Source of the DNA: Eledone cirrhosa
Taxonomy: Eukaryota
Direction of reading: 5' to 3'
DNA length: 64,000 nucleotides
Assembly: GCA_964016885.1 (NCBI GenBank)
Contig: OZ024742.1
Location: 271,436,001 to 271,500,000, forward strand
Positions 58,440 to 64,000 of this stretch are shown piece by piece (position 1 is the stretch's first letter; each line of letters begins with the position of its first letter). Under the pieces are notes generated by a model. It had not been told where the DNA came from. It worked only from the letters and a program-made list of their open reading frames with translations, and did no database searches. A program made the translations under genes and the position numbers.

Positions 58440-59875
58440 AATTCCATATATGGTAAAAGTGATTGTCACAAGGATTGGTCAAAAGTCTGTTGTTGAGACA
58501 CATAATTCTATCATGGCAATTTGTGGAGGGAAGGGGTAGCTGAACCTGTCAGTAGAAGAAAGAGGGAGAGGGGTGGAGGAAACCCAGTCGTGCATTGATA
58601 GTGCAAACTACAGCTGGGCAGGAGGTCAAGGAAGTATACTAGGGAGGGGGAGGGGGAGCAAGTCGAACTAATAAGTAAAACAATATGGGGTAAATATATA
58701 GAAAAATACCGAGAATGTTAAAAAAAACAATTAAATATTTAAAAAAACAATTTCTGGTTACTATAACCTTAGGACAGCTATCAAGTCTCTCACTGGTACT
58801 GCTAGACTAACGAAAGGTTTACTAGGTGGGACGGAATTATAATGAGACCCTTTTAAGAGTTATTAGTAATCAACCGAGTATATCTTACGGTGACGGTTCA
58901 ACAAGTGTCGGGCCAAATACTACAGAAACTACCACAAAATAATAATTCAGAGTCCCGAGACTAATACGAAATAAAGGTTTCTACCCCAGGCACAAGGCCA
59001 GCAACCACCCAGTGCAAAACAATAAACTAATACGAAATAATAATTCAGAATCCCGAAAAAGAATACTAATACTATCTCTAAGGGTGCCGCTACGATACAA
59101 AAATTCTAGTGCAAACAACATAAGTGCTCGTACGAAGTATATGAAAAATTTTTTGATACGGAAAATTAATTCAGAAGCCCCCCTCCCCTACTAATATACG
59201 AGAAATTAAAGCAAATATACCACTAAGAAATGTAGAAAGCACGGAAAAGGGGCATCCATCGGATAAGAAGGCAAGTATCCGGGGTCTATCACATCTGCTA
59301 TAAAAAGCGGAGTCGGCCAATTCTATCATAGAATAGGGGAAGAGGGTGGGGGTACTGAGGCTACAAAGGACCGAGGGGCTGCCTCGGGTGGGCGAGAAAG
59401 CTAAAATGACGACGACAAAGAAGGAGGACTGGGTGGAAGGACTAGGGGGACGGGGGTAGAAGGAAATATAGAAGAAGCGATAAAAAGATATAAAAGACGA
59501 TCTTACGTCTACCTTTGCAAGCAGGGGTTACCCATTACATAGTCGGCAAGTGGGATGTTATAGCCCTTGTCTAGCCCCCCCCCCGGGTCATTATGGGGTT
59601 TGAGGGCCTGGTAAGTCCTACGCAATCTGTGTTTACATGCAGTTACCAGTTCATCTTTCTTTTTAGGAGTTGGTCCGTCGAAAACAGCATTTGTAAAGTT
59701 CCTCCGAGCATAAATTGTGCAAAGTTTGGTGTGGTGCTGTAGGAGAGTTTGATGGTATTTTTGTTAATTATGTTGTGGCAGCGGTGTTGTAGTGGGAAGT
59801 GTTTTTCAATGAGCCTAAAGAAGATTTTCCCGATAGGAGTTGTCACCTCGGCGTTGTGGGGAGGATTGCACAATG

Positions 59876-60325
59876 TTACATTGCGTGAGCGGCGGTGTCG
59901 CCTGCTGGTTCCGCTAATGGAAGCTGGAGGGTAGGATATTTCCTCCCGGAAACCACTCCGCTTGAGGGCCTAGTTGTAATAAGGCGCATGTTCCTCGAAT
60001 ATATGATCATTAGCGGACAAACGAGATATCCGGAGGGAGATATTTTTAACCAGGTTATTGGTGATGTTCCTGGATGCTTTGACGGGCAGTGGATGTAGTG
60101 CAGGTTATCGTTGGGTTTCCTATATGGGTAGTACAGATCATTATCGAGGTCAAAGGTAACGTCCAGGAAGTTTACTCGCGTCAGGGACGTTTGTAGGGTT
60201 ATTTTAAATCCCCAGTCGCGGAAGAAGCTGATTAATTGTTTACGGACCCGGTCTGTACTACTGGGGTTGTACCCTTTAAGGGTAAGGAGCCCATCATCAC
60301 GGTACAATCCACCGCCGAATGCAGG
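59876..60325 (-). pseudogene. PLE RT C-terminal part
   Basis: GGGLYRDDGL..VNFLDVTFDL..YYPYRKPND.L.YI..SKHP. Confidence 0.88.
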
Positions 60326-60882
60326 AAACTCTCCTACAGCCCACACCAAACTTTGCACAAAACATCGTCTCCTTTAACAACAAAAAACTCAACCCCTATG
60401 GAAGAAATAACCTAAATAGCAGTGGAGAGCCGACCAGGAGGTGCAACTGTCCTGATGGATCCATTTGCCCCCTCGACAACAGATGCAGAGACCGTAATGT
60501 GATCTACCAGTGCAACGTGAGGACGGACACCTCCAACAAAGCTTATCTAGGATTAACCGCAGGTGACTTCAAGACGCGGCTATACCAACACAGACATACC
60601 TTCCGAAACCCGGCCCGGCGTCACGCCACTACACTTTCGGGCCACATATGGGACCTTAAGGATAATAATATTACCTATGATCTCACTTGGAGATTATTGT
60701 CCAGAGCCACCTCTTACACAGGAGGACGCCGTCCGTGCAATTTATGCTCGGAGGAAATTTTACAAATGTTGTTTTCGACGGACCAACTCCTAAACAAGAA
60801 AGATGAACTTGTCACTGCATGTAAACACAAATTGCGTAGGACTTACCTCGCCCTCAAACCCCATAATGACCCGTGGGGGTAG
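60326..60882 (+). pseudogene. PLE linker + GIY-YIG endonuclease (open to stop)
   Basis: CNCPDGSICPLDNRC..NVIYQC..YLGLTAGDFKTRLYQHRHTF..TTLSGHIW..CNLCSEE..CKH. Confidence 0.9.
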
Positions 60883-62228
60883 ACAAGGGCTATAACACCC
60901 CACTTGCCGACTTTTTAATGGGTAACCCTACTTGCAAAGGTAGACGTAAGATCGTCTTTTATATCTTTTTATCGCTTCCTCTATATTTCCTTCTTCCCCC
61001 CATCCCTCCCTAGTACTTCCACCCCAGTCCTCTTTCTTTCTCGTCGTCCTTTTCACTTTCTCGCCCACCCGAGACAGCCCATCGGTCCTTTGTAGCCTCA
61101 GTACCCCCACCCCTTCCCCTATTCTATGATAGAATTGGCCGACTCCGCTTTTTATAGCAGATGTGATCGACCTTGGATACTTGCCTTCTTATGAGATGGC
61201 TAACCCTTTTCCGTGCTTTCTACATTTCTTAGTGGTATCTTTGCTTTAATTTCTCGTATATCAGTATTTATTAATTTTATTTTGTGTGTGGGGGGGGGGG
61301 GGGGGGCTTCTGAATTAATTTTCCGTATCAAATTTTTCATATACTTCGTACGAGCACTTATGTAGTTTGCACTAGAATTTTTGTATCGTAGTGGCACCCT
61401 TAGAGATAGTATTAGTATTCTTTTTCGGGATTCTGAATTGTTATTTCGTATTAGTTTAATTTTTTGGACTGGGTGGTTGCTGGTCTTGTGCCTTGGGTAG
61501 AAACCTTTATTTCGTATTAGTCTCGGGACTCTGAATTATTATTTCGTGGTAGTTTCTTTAGTATTTTGGCCCCCCACTTTTTGACCCGTCACCGTAAGAT
61601 ATACTCGGTTGATTACTAATACCTCTTAAAAGAGTCTCATTATAATTCCGTCCCACCTAGTAAACCTTTCTTTAGTCTAGCAGTACCAGTGAGAGACTTG
61701 ATAGCTGTCCTTAGGTTATAGTAACCAGAAATTTTTTTTTTTTTATATTTAATTTTTTTTTTAACATTCTCGGTATTTTTATATATATTTACCCCATATT
61801 GTTTTACATATTGTTTCGACTTCCTCCCCTCCCCCTCCCTAGTATACTTCCTTGACCTCCTGCCCAGCTGTAGTTGGCACTATCAACGCACGACTGGGTT
61901 TCCTCCACCACTCTCCCTCTTTCTTCTACTGGCAGGTTCAGCTACCCCTTCCCTCCACAAATTGCCATGATAGAATTATGTGTCTCAACAACAAACTGTT
62001 GACCAATCCTTGTGACAATCACTTTTACCATATATGAAATTACCCCCTGAGAAGCTCGGCTATTCATATACCAGGGTAAACATTTTCATTTAGTCCAGAA
62101 TTAGCCGTCGAACCGGCTCGAGCTCAGCCGTCGGGGTCCTACTCGTTATTATTACCAACTCTACTACCCTATGTATTGAGTACTTTGGTGCGTTATGGTC
62201 CACCTGGTTCCTTACCACATTTCCTTCG

Positions 62229-62308
<80 letters not shown>

Positions 62309-62345
62309 TTATACATATACATGTATATGTATATATATAATTATA

Positions 62346-62900
62346 TAAGTATGTATTCGTACATACATATATGTATACATACGTACAGTAGTATGTATAG
62401 TTAATACACACATACACACACATATATATATGTACGTATGGATTTACCGAACATTTATTATAATGCTCAGTTTGTTTATAAACAAACATCCCGAATTAAG
62501 CCGTACAGTGTTTAGCAACCATCGTTGTCCTTTTGTTCAACATTGTCAAAGGAACGACGTAATCGTTTCCAGCTTATTACCTATCGTCAGCACCGTATAC
62601 CTTCCTGCCAGATGATTGAATGTCTGAAAGTATATACTTTCCTTATGCATATTAACGGCTGAGCAGCCTAATTGTCATATCGAGTAAGTTAATCGGCCGG
62701 AGGCACCGAAAACAAAGTATGGAAAAAGTGAAACGAAATTTCATTTCTCACTCTTAGTACGGCTGTTACTTAAATATAATATGTATACGTACATACATAT
62801 ATGTATACAGATGTACAGTAGTATGTATATATATACATACATGTACACATATATATATATGTACGTGTGGATTTACCGAATATTTATTATAATGCTCGGT
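62346..62900 (-). repeat. Retrozyme-like ~430-bp unit, ~1.3 tandem copies, locus 2
   Basis: atgta(t/a)cgtacatacatat-type segment at 62351 and 62781; homologous to 6641-7172 but starting at a different point of the unit. Confidence 0.8.
62554..62596 (-). ncRNA. Minimal type I hammerhead motif (canonical CUGACGA core)
   Basis: ACGGUG-CUGACGA-UAGGU-aaua-AGCUG-GAAAC-ga-UUA/CGUCGU. Confidence 0.7.
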
Positions 62901-63006
62901 TTATACTACTTAGAAAATAGAAGCTTTCATCGCATTTTTTTACTAAAGAAATTTTAGCCTGGTAATGGTGTTTAAATCACTCAGAGAAATGGAAATAGAT
63001 GAGTTT

Positions 63007-63077
63007 TGACGTACATGGGAGTCGAACCCACATCTTTCGTTTTCCAGACCACTGTGCTTCCATTACACCAACACATC
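63007..63077 (-). ncRNA. tRNA-like element, unit 1 (anticodon loop CUGGAAA)
   Basis: GATGTGT-TG-GTGT-aatggaa-GCAC-A-GTGGT-ctggaaa-ACGAA-agat-GTGGG-ttcgact-CCCAT-GTACGTC-A. Confidence 0.65.
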
Positions 63078-63263
63078 ACCCATCTCCTTCCATTCAAGTT
63101 AGAAGCTACATTATTAGCAAGTATGATGGCAAGTAAGTATATTTTGAAACAGCGAACAAGTTTTAAGTTAGAAAATAGAAGCTTTCACTGTATTTTTTCA
63201 TTAAGAAATTTCAGCCTGATAGTGTTGTTTAGAACACTCGGAGAAATAAAAAAAGAGTAGTAT

Positions 63264-63334
63264 TGACGCACATGGGAGTCGAACCCACATATTTGGTTAT
63301 CAAGACTACTGTACTACCATTACACCAACACATC
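63264..63334 (-). ncRNA. tRNA-like element, unit 2 (loop CUUGAUA), with a T7 run downstream
   Basis: Same cloverleaf; intact TGGTGTAATGG and GGTTCGACTCC boxes. Confidence 0.65.
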
Positions 63335-63517
63335 TCCCATCTTCCATTCAAATTAGAAGTCACATTCTTAGCAAGAATGATGGCAAGTAAGTATGCTTTG
63401 AAACAGCGAACAAGTTTCAAGTTAGAAAATAGAACTTTTCACCATATTTTTTGGCTCAGGAATTTTAGCCTGATATTTGGCTTTAGAAACCTCAGAGAAA
63501 TGGAAAAAGATGAGTAT

Positions 63518-63588
63518 TGATGTACATGGGAATCGAACACACATCTTTGGTTATCCATACCACTGTGCTACCATTACACCAACGCATA
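63518..63588 (-). ncRNA. tRNA-like element, unit 3 (loop AUGGAUA), with a T5 run downstream
   Basis: Same cloverleaf, with T-stem and acceptor-stem mismatches. Confidence 0.55.
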
Positions 63589-63775
63589 GCCCATATATTT
63601 CCATTTAAATTAGGAACTACATTCTTAGTAAGTATGACCGCAAGTATGTATGTTTTGAAACAGCGAACAAGTTTGAAATAAGAAAATAGAAGCCTTCACC
63701 CTATTTTTTCACTACAGAAATTTCAGCCTCATAGTGGGGTTTAGGACCCCCAGAGAAATGAACAAAGATGAGTAT

Positions 63776-63846
63776 TGACGTACATGAGAGTCGAACCCAC
63801 ATTTTTGGTTATCCAGACCACGGTGCTACCTTTAGACCCACACATC
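63776..63846 (-). ncRNA. tRNA-like element, unit 4 (loop CUGGAUA)
   Basis: Same cloverleaf; A box eroded. Confidence 0.55.
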
Positions 63847-64000
63847 ACCCATCCCGTTACATTCAAATTAGAAGTTACCTTCTTAGCAAGTATGATGGCA
63901 AGTAAATATGCTTTGAAACAGCGATGCAGTTTGAAATTAGAAAATAGAAGCCTTCACCGTATTTTTTCACTACAGAAATTTCAGCGTCATAGTGGGGTTT

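Larger units (their letters stand above)
58331..62230. mobile_element. 3.9-kb head-to-head fold-back PLE (family H)
   Basis: Left arm minus (58331-60325), right arm plus (60326-62147), tail 62148-62230; ~1.4 kb of inverted identity. (TA)n on both sides. Confidence 0.93.
62908..64000 (-). repeat. ~256-bp tandem array with one tRNA-like cloverleaf per unit (continues beyond the window)
   Basis: Periods of 257, 254 and 258 bp; the units are diverged from each other. Confidence 0.92.

Noticed and set aside
62908-64000. CRISPR-like array or a cluster of ordinary tRNA genes
   Set aside because: The whole 256-bp unit is repeated (no unique spacers, no cas genes, eukaryotic context), and the anticodon loops are inconsistent and non-canonical.

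Overview
AT-rich animal genomic DNA, probably cephalopod (Octopus-like, inferred from the SINE and repeat content). No host protein-coding gene can be supported. The window is almost entirely retroelements and microsatellites. (1) At least seven families of Penelope-like elements (PLEs; RT plus C-terminal GIY-YIG), nearly all embedded in (TA)n. Most insertions share one fold-back architecture: two outward-pointing 3' ends, one carrying an extra tail, and a minimal type I hammerhead ribozyme (HHR) motif near the 3' end. Sizes run from about 135-bp non-coding minis to a full-length element of about 4 kb. (2) A ~14-kb stack of R4/Dong-like and Tx1-like LINEs nested in an (AAT)n tract inside one PLE ORF. 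(3) RTE and CR1-group fragments, tRNA-derived SINEs and a probable Tc1 remnant. (4) A ~425-bp non-coding unit with one HHR, present at two loci as circularly permuted >1-mers (retrozyme-like). (5) A ~256-bp tandem array of non-standard 71-nt tRNA-like cloverleafs running off the right end. All alignments and folds were done by eye, so boundaries are approximate (usually within 10-20 bp). The many Ile/Tyr-rich ORFs are microsatellite artefacts.
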